From contig JADGIF010000407.1 in NCBI GenBank assembly GCA_018985225.1, forward strand, positions 1-9,212: a stretch of 9,212 nt of DNA, read 5' to 3'. Shown piece after piece: positions 1 to 7,661 of this stretch. Source of the stretch: Amoeboradix gromovi X-113 (lineage: Eukaryota > Fungi > Sanchytriomycota). The notes beneath the pieces were generated by a model. It did not search any database. It was not told where the DNA came from and saw only the letters and a program-made list of their open reading frames with translations. The first letter of the stretch is position 1. Each line of letters opens with the position of its first letter. The position numbers and the translations under genes are program-made.

Positions 1-1
1 C

Positions 2-187
2 AATCAACCAGTTGTAGTTGCTGTCGATGGAAGTCTATTTGAGCTATATCCGGATTATCAGAAAAGAATTGAAGCAGCGCTAACCGAGTTGCTGCAGGAA
101 AAAGCTAAATTAGTGAAGCTGGAATTAGCAAGGGATGGCAGCTCTGTTGGAGCCGCTTTGGGCGCTCTAGTGTCATTACATATGTAA
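2..187 (+). CDS. HXK: Hexokinase, C-terminal fragment (gene starts upstream of the window)
   Basis: Frame from nt 2 reads NQPVVVAVDGSLFELYPDYQKRIEAALTELLQEKAKLVKLELARDGSSVGAALGALVSLHM*. It contains the hexokinase VDGSL..YP and DGS.VGAAL motifs. Stop TAA at 185-187, AATAAA at 191-196. Absent from the ORF track because there is no start codon. Confidence 0.92.
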   Translation, partial: NQPVVVAVDGSLFELYPDYQKRIEAALTELLQEKAKLVKLELARDGSSVGAALGALVSLHM

Positions 188-237
188 TTCAATAAATCCA
201 CATTGCTAAACTTGTATCCCCGCATCAGGACAAAACT

Positions 238-1257
238 ATGTTAAGACGAACTATTCGCCGCTCTCATTCTTTGACAGTTAGACAGGCATTGAATTTAGCA
301 CTGGACGAAGAGCTAGGTAGAGATGAAGATGTATTCTTACTCGGTGAGGAAGTTGCAAAGTACCAAGGTGCATACAAAGTGACTAAAGGTTTATTAGACA
401 AGTATGGTGATAAAAGAATCATCGATACTCCTATTACGGAAAGCGGCTTTGCTGGTTTGGCAGTGGGTGCTGCTTTGGGAGGATTGAAACCGATTTGCGA
501 GTTTATGACATTTAACTTTAGCATGCAAGCAATTGACCAAATTATTAACAGTGCTGCGAAATCAAGATACATGACAGGTGGTATTGCCAAGTGCAGCATT
601 GTATTTAGAGGCCCAAACGGGGCTGCTTTTGGCGTGGCTGCTCAACATTCTCAGTGCTTTGCTGCTTGGTATGGAAGTGTTCCGGGTTTAAAAGTGATAT
701 CACCTTGGAGTGCAGAAGATGCAAAAGGTCTGTTAAAATCAGCTATTCGTGACCCGAATCCCGTTGTTTTTCTTGAAAATGAAATCCTGTATAATCAAGA
801 ATTTCAAGTTTCTGACGAGGTTCTCGGTAGTGACTTTGTATTGCCGATAGGTAAGGCTAAGATTGAGCGAGAGGGTACTGACGTCACGCTAGTTGGCCAT
901 AGTAGGAGCGTCGGCCAATGTTTAGAAGCGGCTACGATACTCGAGTCAAAGGGAATATCATGTGAAGTGATTAACCTAAGAAGCATTCGTCCACTTGACA
1001 CTAAGACTATATTTGAAAGTGTGCAAAAGACTAACAGGATTATATCAGTAGAAGGAGGCTGGCCAGCTTTTGGTGTAGGAAGCGAAATAGCTGCACAAAT
1101 AATGGAAGATCCAGATACTTTTGATGCGTTAGATGCTCCTTTGCAAAGAATCACTGGTGCTGATGTACCAATGCCATACGCTAAAAGCTTAGAGGATGCT
1201 TGCTTACCTGGAGTCAAAGACATTGAAAGACTCGCAATGAAGATATGTAATAAATAG
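238..1257 (+). CDS. PDB1: Pyruvate dehydrogenase E1 beta subunit, mitochondrial
   Basis: 339 aa with [48 protein letters not shown] and DVPMPYA motifs. Short Arg-rich N-terminus [10 protein letters not shown]. No intron needed. Confidence 0.98.
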   Translation: MLRRTIRRSHSLTVRQALNLALDEELGRDEDVFLLGEEVAKYQGAYKVTKGLLDKYGDKRIIDTPITESGFAGLAVGAALGGLKPICEFMTFNFSMQAIDQIINSAAKSRYMTGGIAKCSIVFRGPNGAAFGVAAQHSQCFAAWYGSVPGLKVISPWSAEDAKGLLKSAIRDPNPVVFLENEILYNQEFQVSDEVLGSDFVLPIGKAKIEREGTDVTLVGHSRSVGQCLEAATILESKGISCEVINLRSIRPLDTKTIFESVQKTNRIISVEGGWPAFGVGSEIAAQIMEDPDTFDALDAPLQRITGADVPMPYAKSLEDACLPGVKDIERLAMKICNK

Positions 1258-1277
1258 GTATTGCAATTGAAGTCGAG

Positions 1278-1601
1278 CTAACTTTTATTTACTTTGTATC
1301 CAATGATGTTTCTTCTACCAATTATTTCACCAATAGTGAAAAAACCTAATAACTCTAATCCAACTCTGCCCGTAATTTTGAGTTGTTGCACATTTGGCAA
1401 TTGTTTTGATTTTGCCATTTGGACTGCGCGTTTAACAACTTCTTTAAACCCAGTCACAGAGGCTTCAAGCTCTTTTGATGTTGGCGGCGACATATTTTCC
1501 CTTTGATAGACCTTAACTGCAAGTTGCTGTCCAACCTTTAAAGCATACAAAGACTGGTTAACAAATATTGTCGCAAGTTGACTATATTTTGCGAAGTTCA
1601 T
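1278..1601 (-). CDS. ATP20: Mitochondrial ATP synthase subunit g
   Basis: 107 aa with the subunit g signatures E.M.PP and C-terminal ELLGFFTIGEIIGRRNIIGY (GxxxG). Confidence 0.93.
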   Translation of the reverse strand: MNFAKYSQLATIFVNQSLYALKVGQQLAVKVYQRENMSPPTSKELEASVTGFKEVVKRAVQMAKSKQLPNVQQLKITGRVGLELLGFFTIGEIIGRRNIIGYKVNKS

Positions 1602-1735
1602 GTTTCAGGGATAAATTTATACTCGACTATAAAAATCATTGCAAAACATTTATAAGAGCCGTTGTGTGATTGAAATACTATTCTGAAGTTGCAATTAATT
1701 TTAAATTATATAACATAATCAGCACTGATGGTTGA

Positions 1736-1819
1736 GCACAGATGGCCGAGTTGGTCTAAGGCGCCAGACTTAAGTTCTGGTGGACGAAGTCCGCCTGGGT
1801 TCGAATCCCAGTCTGTGCA
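1736..1819 (+). tRNA. tRNA-Leu(UAA): tRNA-Leu, anticodon TAA, intronless
   Basis: Acceptor stem GCACAGA/TCTGTGC plus discriminator A. D-arm TGGCCGAGTTGGTCTAAGGC. Anticodon stem CCAGA/TCTGG with loop CT-TAA-GT (TAA 1771-1773). Long variable arm GGAC-GAA-GTCC. T-arm CTGGG-TTCGAAT-CCCAG. No encoded CCA. Confidence 0.97.
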
Positions 1820-1833
1820 TTATGTTAAAACTG

Positions 1834-1837
1834 TTTT
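1834..1837 (+). terminator. Probable RNA polymerase III terminator (T4) of the tRNA gene
   Basis: First run of at least 4 T after the tRNA 3' end. It overlaps the minus-strand AATAAA (plus TTTATT 1835-1840) of the convergent F-BAR gene. Confidence 0.5.
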
Positions 1838-1851
1838 ATTAAGGATTTTGG

Positions 1852-3358
1852 CTAGTAGCTCATCACTTCCAAGTATGACGTTGGTACTAATCCTTCTTTT
1901 CCGTGAGATTTTGCAACAGTCCAACCGTTGTCCATAGTCTCAATGACTTCTATTTCATCGTCCTCATCTAAAGATAGTTCGTCTTCTTGTTTTGATGAAA
2001 AAGCATATTTCATCCTAGCATTGATAGCCTCATTCGTAAAAATGCTATCCATTGTGTTTGAAGATTTCATACTAGTTTTGGATTTTTCCGCATTTGAAGA
2101 AATGGAAGAAAAGCTCAAACTTGGTTTGGTATAAACTTGGCTTAACATAGAGTTCCGGCTTACGTGGCCAGGTCTTTTATGCTCTTGGGAAATATGGTCA
2201 AGAACTATTTCAGAGTTTTGTTTCGATATTAATGTAGCTGTGGTTTGTCTTGTAAGCACTGCAGACTTGCCTATATTATTATAAATTACCATCTTCCGCT
2301 ACTTTTTCAATGTCGCTTGGCAAAATTTCTCCCATTACTAGCATTTTTTGTATATTCAGCACTCTTGTTTCGACCTGCAGCTCAAGTTGTCTCCAGTTCA
2401 GTTTTTCAGTATGGCTGGTCTTAATTTTATCATTAGTTTTCAATTCTTCAAATGACAAGTCATTTTGTAAAACCTTGAGCTGCTCAACAAGGTCATTAGA
2501 TTGGCTCTTAAAACAAAAAGTGAAGTAATAGTTGTAGATTTCATCAAGTTTTGACAGCAAATCATTTTGCAAGTTGTTTTCTAGCACTAGTTTATCTTCT
2601 GCATATACTTTGCTATTGTTAACATCTTTTTTCATTTTATTTGTCGATTTGACACAAATAGACAAATATGTCTGTACAATGTTCAAAAATGCGTCATTGA
2701 TACTTTCGTCTATTTTTTTTAAATCTATTTTTTCTAGCAACAAAGTTCTTGTATAAGCTTCGGTCAGCGTTATCAAATATTTTGAGCAGCTTTTTTCTAA
2801 GACGTTTCTCTCTTTCCAGCTATCTCCAACAATATGGCTGCTAAGACTGCTAGAAGACGAATTTCTCTGAAGAGTCATTTTTACTTTTTGGAATACAGTC
2901 TTTTTGCGACTTAGTTTATTTAAGTTGCCTTCAAATTGTATTCTAGAACGTTTAAAACTCTTCTCTAATAGTTCGCATTTTCGTAATAGCTGAAGAATGC
3001 AATGCTGTTGTTTTACCAGATGGTTAGAGCTCATTAAAGCTTTAGTTCGATGATTTAACAACAGCGACTGAAAATCCTCCGCACAATGTGTTAAGTTTTT
3101 ACTATTTGTAGCATGCATTTGTTCCTCTATGTTTAGAGAAGATTCTACCACTTCCATACCTTCTACTTTTGCCAATTCTAAGGATCTTAATATCCCACCT
3201 AACGAATTAGAATACTCAAGTTCTATTTTTGATTTTAATCCGATGAATTTCGCAAAAATCATTAAAGAATTTTCCTGCTCAATCGATTTATGCCTTACTT
3301 TCTCCTCCTGCTCTTTAAAAGATTTCTGAAATTTCTTTTTCAAGTTAGAAAAACTCAT
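1852..3358 (-). CDS. F-BAR (FCH) plus C-terminal SH3 protein (PCH family, Bzz1/Hof1/Cdc15-like); exons 3358-2290 and 2270-1852, 495 aa
   Basis: N-terminal FCH-like FAKFIGLKSKIELEYSNSL followed by coiled coils. C-terminal SH3 ARMKYAF..KQEDELSL..DDEIEV...DNGW......KEGLVPTSYLE. The two track ORFs join in frame (..AEDG-KSAV..) after removal of a 19-nt GT-AG intron. Confidence 0.85.
2271..2289 (-). other. 19-nt spliceosomal micro-intron GTAATTTATAATAATATAG
   Basis: GT-AG ends and an in-frame TAA inside. Removal gives GAT G|GC AAG and fuses the F-BAR and SH3 frames (1069+419=1488 nt). Confidence 0.85.
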
Positions 3359-3474
3359 AAGCCACTGAACAAGACGAACTCGAGATTGGTTGTTAAATGA
3401 TGTGAAAATGAGTCTTAACTTAGTAAGTAAATACCGCTTCTGTATCCAATACGCAGCTTAAGAATAACAGAAAT

Positions 3475-3551
3475 GATTCTAATTGAATAAATGGTTTATT
3501 TTGAAAGCGTGAATTTATTACCTCAGTAGAGTTTTCAACTTGAATAAAAGT
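3475..3551. repeat. 77-bp direct repeat, copy 1 (identical to 9136-9212)
   Basis: GATTCTAATTGAATAAATGGTTTATTTTGAAAGCGTGAATTTATTACCTCAGTAGAGTTTTCAACTTGAATAAAAGT occurs at both sites. The match extends left by AGAAAT with a 1-nt indel. Confidence 0.97.
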
Positions 3552-3570
3552 AACATTCTCTTTTTCGTTT

Positions 3571-3812
3571 ATGACAGATAGCAAGAAACACAGTCACGGG
3601 TCTAATAAAGCATTAATAGCCAAGCTTGCACTGGGTGTGGGACTTTGAAGAAACCTACATGGAGAAATGTACAAATTGTGGCAGCAAGGAACATGTATTT
3701 GAATGCATGCATCCCTATTCAACCCAGCCTCAGGGCTCCATTGACATCAGTCGCTGGTGTAGGGAGTCAACTGGCATTGTCTCTTTCCTGTGGATATTAT
3801 CGGTTTCTATGA
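3571..3812 (+). pseudogene. Degenerate GATA-type zinc finger-like frame (small gene or relic); possible exons 3571-3599 and 3620-3812
   Basis: Open frame 3609-3812 encodes CTGCGTLKKPTWR...YLNAC, similar to GATA CxxCGTxxTPxWR...CNAC but with the third Cys replaced by Leu. A 20-nt GT-AG segment (3600-3619) joins it in frame to ATG 3571. Confidence 0.35.
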
Positions 3813-3869
3813 AGCAGGACTTCCAGTGACAAGTAATATGATTGAAATTATGTTATTTATTTTACTAAG

Positions 3870-4376
3870 TTAATATCTACTTTGCTGTCTTTTTTCCCTT
3901 CCAAACTGCACACGAATGTCTTTCCCGTCTAAAGTCAAATTGGAGTTTGCATTCATAACTTGCTCTGCATCTTGCACGTTCTCAAAGTCTGCAAATCCAA
4001 ACACACCATTGGCATTGCTAAGCACCTTAACTGATAAAGCATTCGGAGCGATTTCTCTTAATGCGTCCTCGTTGATAGAAGAAGGAAGATTGCCAAAATA
4101 GATTGAATTCGATTTTTGAACCTCTCTATTAGGACTGAGTTTCTCTTTTACGACAATGCTCTGTCCCAACACACTAGGTGGGCTGTTTAGGAACTTTTCT
4201 GCTGTTGAATCATCTAGAGTGACAAAAGCAAAGCCTCTGTTCACTCCCTCTCCCGTAATGTTTCTTGGCATATGAATATCAAGTGCATTAGGAAAAGCTA
4301 CCTTTAAATCTTCAATTGCAGCACTGTAAGGAATTTTGCCAACAAATAACGCTTTTTGGTACAAATTTCTAATCAT
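3870..4376 (-). CDS. RNA-binding protein with two RRM domains (168 aa from ATG 4376)
   Basis: RRM1 has RNP2 LFVGKI and RNP1 RGFAFVTL. RRM2 has RNP2 IYFGNL and RNP1 GVFGFADF, ending LDGKDIRVQF. The track's start at 4445 is TTG; the first ATG is 4376. Confidence 0.9.
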   Translation of the reverse strand: MIRNLYQKALFVGKIPYSAAIEDLKVAFPNALDIHMPRNITGEGVNRGFAFVTLDDSTAEKFLNSPPSVLGQSIVVKEKLSPNREVQKSNSIYFGNLPSSINEDALREIAPNALSVKVLSNANGVFGFADFENVQDAEQVMNANSNLTLDGKDIRVQFGREKRQQSRY

Positions 4377-4980
4377 GTGAAAGTGTTTGTTCCTCGTTCC
4401 TATTTGATTTTGAATCTTAAAACATTTGAAAAAATTGAATTCCAATAAAGAGGAAATGCCATCAAGGATAACTTATTTTTGTACGTATGTAGCCCAATTG
4501 AGTGAAGCTCTCGAAGTGTTCAAATAAAGTAGCACAGAAGACAACTAAGACATACTCTTGAAAGACAAGAAAAATGTTTAAACAAATGTCTCAATGGCAT
4601 AACTAATCAAGCGGAACCAGCCTGCAATTTAGGCGACAACTCTTATCAGCACCCGGTCCTTCGTTTTTGACTCAGGAATAAGAAACGTAAATGTCTTACT
4701 TCTAGGCGCAACATTTAGAATACTACAGTGGCACTTTTTCTGTATATATAACTCTCATTACCATAGCAATTAGTTCTTATGACGTTCTTTCTTAATCATC
4801 GTATTTCATATTTTTAGCAGTGCGTATCCAGTACAAGCTCCTCTTTACGGATCCCTGGTATTGTTAACTGCTTTCGTGTTATTTCATTGGTCTGACAAGA
4901 CTGGCACAACAGTTTTGAGCGATTTTTGGTATCTCCTTTACCTCCAGTCTGCTTTTCATAGAACATGTCCCTGCTGTCAC

Positions 4981-5676
4981 ATGATATTCGGGTCTGTCGA
5001 CGGAATAGACACAGATATTGATTATAAAGTAATATCAGATGCAGAAGAACTACCTGTTATGCTTCGAAGGTATTGGAACAAAAGAAATGATTACTTCAGA
5101 AATTTTGACTCCGGTTTTTTAGCTGACGAAGAAGGGCTGTACAGCATTACGCCGCATTTAGCTGCTAAACGTATAGCGTCAAGGTTTTCTGGAATGATAG
5201 TCGTAGATGGGTTCTGCGGGATAGGTGGAAATACAATCGCGTTTGCTAGGGTTTGTAAAAAGGTTATTGCTATAGAACTAGATGAGCAGCGAATAAGACT
5301 AGCGAAACATAATGCCAGAGTTTCGGGCGTGCTTGGAAAGATAGAATTCATAAACGGTGACTTCTTCGAGGAAGTAGTGAAATTGAAAGACTTCGATGCT
5401 GTGTTTTGCTCACCGCCTTGGAATATTAAAAAGTATTTTAACTCTAAGATCTACTCTTTAAATGATACATCGCCGAATGGATTTGATATATTTAAAGCTT
5501 GCAAAAATGTGACAAACAATATTGCGTTAATGTTACCAAAGCATACAAGCATAGAAGACTTGCAAATGCTTGGTGAAGTATTTGAGATTCAGCACCTGCA
5601 AAACCAAAGAAGAAGAAAAAATAATTGTCACTTTGTATGTGTCTATTTTGGGTCTTTAATTAAATATGAAAATTAA
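4981..5676 (+). CDS. TGS1: Trimethylguanosine synthase (RNA cap guanine-N2 methyltransferase) family
   Basis: RYWNKR..YF..FDSG...DEEGLYSITP, SAM-binding VDGFCGIGGNTIAFA, A.HNARV.GV..KIEFINGDF, VFCSPPW, LMLPK and VYFGSL. First ATG is 4981, preceded by a CCC motif; the track's start at 4861 is TTG. Confidence 0.9.
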   Translation: MIFGSVDGIDTDIDYKVISDAEELPVMLRRYWNKRNDYFRNFDSGFLADEEGLYSITPHLAAKRIASRFSGMIVVDGFCGIGGNTIAFARVCKKVIAIELDEQRIRLAKHNARVSGVLGKIEFINGDFFEEVVKLKDFDAVFCSPPWNIKKYFNSKIYSLNDTSPNGFDIFKACKNVTNNIALMLPKHTSIEDLQMLGEVFEIQHLQNQRRRKNNCHFVCVYFGSLIKYEN

Positions 5677-5686
5677 TAAATTTATT
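5675..5686. terminator. Palindromic bidirectional polyadenylation-signal candidate AATAAATTTATT
   Basis: Perfect palindrome giving AATAAA on both strands. It overlaps the TGS1 stop (5674-5676) and the VRG4 stop (5682-5684). Confidence 0.6.
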
Positions 5687-6637
5687 TACTTTGATCTAAA
5701 ATGATTTTTGCCTTTGTGTACAACAACCCAGCAGAAAATCCTAATAAAATACTAGAAACACTTCCAACAGTGATAGGAACTCCAAAGAACAACAATCCGG
5801 CGATGCTAATTGGAAGTTTATTCAACGCACCTACCATCGAGTAGGTGGTCGAGTTAACTACACGTACGCACCAACTGCTTGCATAACTAATTCCATAACT
5901 GGCAACTGCCGTCACAAAGACGCAGAACAAAAATAAAGAAATGTCGGAAGACGGTTTCTGCCTACGTTAATTGATATGTACATAAATTTTGTCCAATCAT
6001 CTCCGAATATGCTGAGAAAAGTAAATATAGGAAGAACAAGCATGTTATTGTAAAAAACAGTGTCATACTCGCGGAATTGAAGTTTCCTGATTTTCTTACG
6101 AATGAACAACACATAATAAGCACTGCTAAACACGTTTAGAATTGTCCAGAAATACCCGATGGTGCTAAAAGTTATGTCACTACCTGCAGCTACGAGAGAA
6201 GATGCAACCATCAAAAGAAATGAAATTACCATTAATCTGGAAATTGGAGTGCCGTTTAGCCAGTGATCCCCATAAGCGATGACAATGATAGTGAGGTTCT
6301 TGAATATTGTAAAAACTGGAATATTCATGTATTCCAACGCCTTTCCAGAAGTAAAGAGCATAAGTGCCATACTGACACTAACAGGAAAGAATTGCTTTAC
6401 AGTTACTTTGTCAAGTTTCTTAAAGCTTACCGTGTTAACATATCTCTCCAACATGATTAAGATAAAGGAACACATGAAAGCCTGCGTAGCCAACACAAAA
6501 AATACCATTGATATGTCAAACCCGCTCAACACAAATTTATTTAACAGTGTCATCATGATGCTGGCTGTGCAGTATGATAGAATTGGAGTCCACCAACTTT
6601 CAGCTTTTTTATCATCACCGATTTGCTGGTAACTCAT
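5682..6637 (-). CDS. VRG4: Golgi GDP-mannose transporter; exons 6637-5982 and 5961-5682, 311 aa
   Basis: [69 protein letters not shown] (GALNK signature). The two ORFs join after removal of a 20-nt intron (656+280=936 nt). Confidence 0.93.
5962..5981 (-). other. 20-nt spliceosomal micro-intron GTACATATCAATTAACGTAG
   Basis: Removal gives TTT AT|G CAG AAA and restores one transporter frame that includes the GALNK motif. Contains branch-like TTAAC. Confidence 0.9.
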
Positions 6638-6734
6638 TCTCTCCAGACGTTTCAATTAAGTTCTATCCAAATTGATTTGGATTGTGAAAAGCGCAAAATT
6701 ACAATTTAATCTTAAATGTCTTTATTGGTCACTG

Positions 6735-7603
6735 TTAAAACTGAGTATCGACTTCTTCAAACTCACTTTCCGTTATGGCAAACCAGAATCTGTGGAGCAT
6801 AACGTATCCTAAAAACGCAAATATTACTCCAAATCCTGAGCCTAAATTACTTTTAGAATACCTGTCATAACTCTTATGGTCTGAACGCATATCTGGTTAT
6901 TAATTACAAAAGTAAACACCGCAGATACTATGATAAATATGAATGCAAAAAAAAGGTTTATCAACGCTTTAGACTGGTTTAGTTCTTTTATTACCAAGAT
7001 TGTTGTTAGCATGCAGTACAGCACGATGCTAATCATAGGCCACACAATAAGTAAAGCAAATAGAACCGGAGATTGTGTTGTAGCTGGACCAATCATAGAA
7101 TTCCCTAGCGCAGTCCCATGAATTAAAATTCCACTTGCCGTAGAAAACAAGACAGTAGATAAACTGAATCCCCATACGGACAACGTTGAACCGTCTTCAA
7201 CCATTTGGTATGTTACTATCGCGTTTAAGAACAAGACCCAAAAAAATCCAGTAACTAAACCGCCGTTGATAGATCCAACTATGGCGTGACTTCCAGCCCC
7301 AAGGATCCCTAATGCCATTTCTGTAATTAAAATTGATATGTATATAAAATTTAAAAATCCCATTTCTAGTCTTCCTACAGCTGCGTACTTAGTGTGAGTT
7401 CTGTAGGCTATCGTCAACGTTCCTAATAACGCTAGGAAAGCCGCTATTAATTCTCCTAAATCGCTCGTGCTTCCTCCGAATATAGTAACTGCCTGCATGC
7501 TACATCCAGCTGATAAGCTTCCAAATACTCTACATGCTGGCAGTGCTGCTAATTTGCAGAGGTTAGAGAAATCTCCAAATGATATATCAGAAACTGAAGT
7601 CAT
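6735..7603 (-). CDS. CHS7: Chitin synthase export chaperone Chs7 family, paralog A; exons 7603-6862 and 6841-6735, 282 aa
   Basis: FGDFS.LC....LP.C, KYAAVGR.EM, FW.L.LNAIV.YQ..EDG and multiple hydrophobic helices. Exon 2 (GSGFGVIFAFLGYVMLHRFWFAITESEFEEVDTQF*) is missing from the ORF track and matches the C-terminus of paralog B. Confidence 0.88.
6842..6861 (-). other. 20-nt spliceosomal micro-intron GTATTCTAAAAGTAATTTAG
   Basis: Removal gives ACA G|GC TCA (MTGSGFG), colinear with uninterrupted LNGSPFG in paralog B. Confidence 0.93.
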
Positions 7604-7608
7604 TTTTC

Positions 7609-7621
7609 AAAATCAAGCCAC
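7609..7621 (-). promoter_or_regulatory. Conserved upstream motif GTGGCTTGATTTT (CHS7 paralog A)
   Basis: The same 13-mer lies just upstream of the ATG of both CHS7 paralogs. The core GTGGCTT also precedes the F-BAR ATG. Confidence 0.55.
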
Positions 7622-7661
7622 ATGAAATATGAAAATTACACTAAATATAATATTTATTTGT

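Noticed and set aside
1728-1937. 69-aa plus-strand ORF
   Set aside because: It reads through the tRNA gene and antisense into the SH3 exon.
2587-2608. Minus-strand GTATATGCAGAAGATAAACTAG (22 nt) matching the intron consensus inside the F-BAR gene
   Set aside because: It lies in an uninterrupted ORF, and removing it would cause a frameshift.
3626-3829. Track ORF with CTNCGSKEHVFEC as a retroelement zinc knuckle
   Set aside because: TTG start, spacing is Cx2Cx4Hx3C rather than x4, and there is no adjacent gag or RT sequence. The overlapping GATA-like frame is a better match. Not fully excluded.
4715-4735. Minus-strand TGTAGTA resembling the U2 snRNA branch-pairing sequence
   Set aside because: The flanking conserved U2 5' sequence and stem-loops are absent.
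4687-4820. Plus-strand 19-20 nt GT-AG segments (4687-4705, 4801-4820) as introns
   Set aside because: They lack TAA at -8 to -6, and I could not build a coherent protein from them.
4861-4980. TTG-initiated N-terminal extension of TGS1 (likewise the TTG starts at 4445, 6655 and 8599)
   Set aside because: Eukaryotic locus. Downstream ATGs match where family similarity begins, and for TGS1 and CHS7-B they sit next to upstream motifs.
2271-5981. Programmed ribosomal frameshifts or sequencing indels to explain the split F-BAR and VRG4 ORFs
   Set aside because: All breakpoints coincide with GTA...TAA-NN-TAG segments of 19-20 nt, and the CHS7 paralog comparison shows true 20-nt insertions rather than 1-nt indels.
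6665-6682. Inverted repeat ATCCAAAT-TG-ATTTGGAT upstream of VRG4
   Set aside because: A single 8-bp palindrome in AT-rich DNA with no second occurrence, so no function can be supported.
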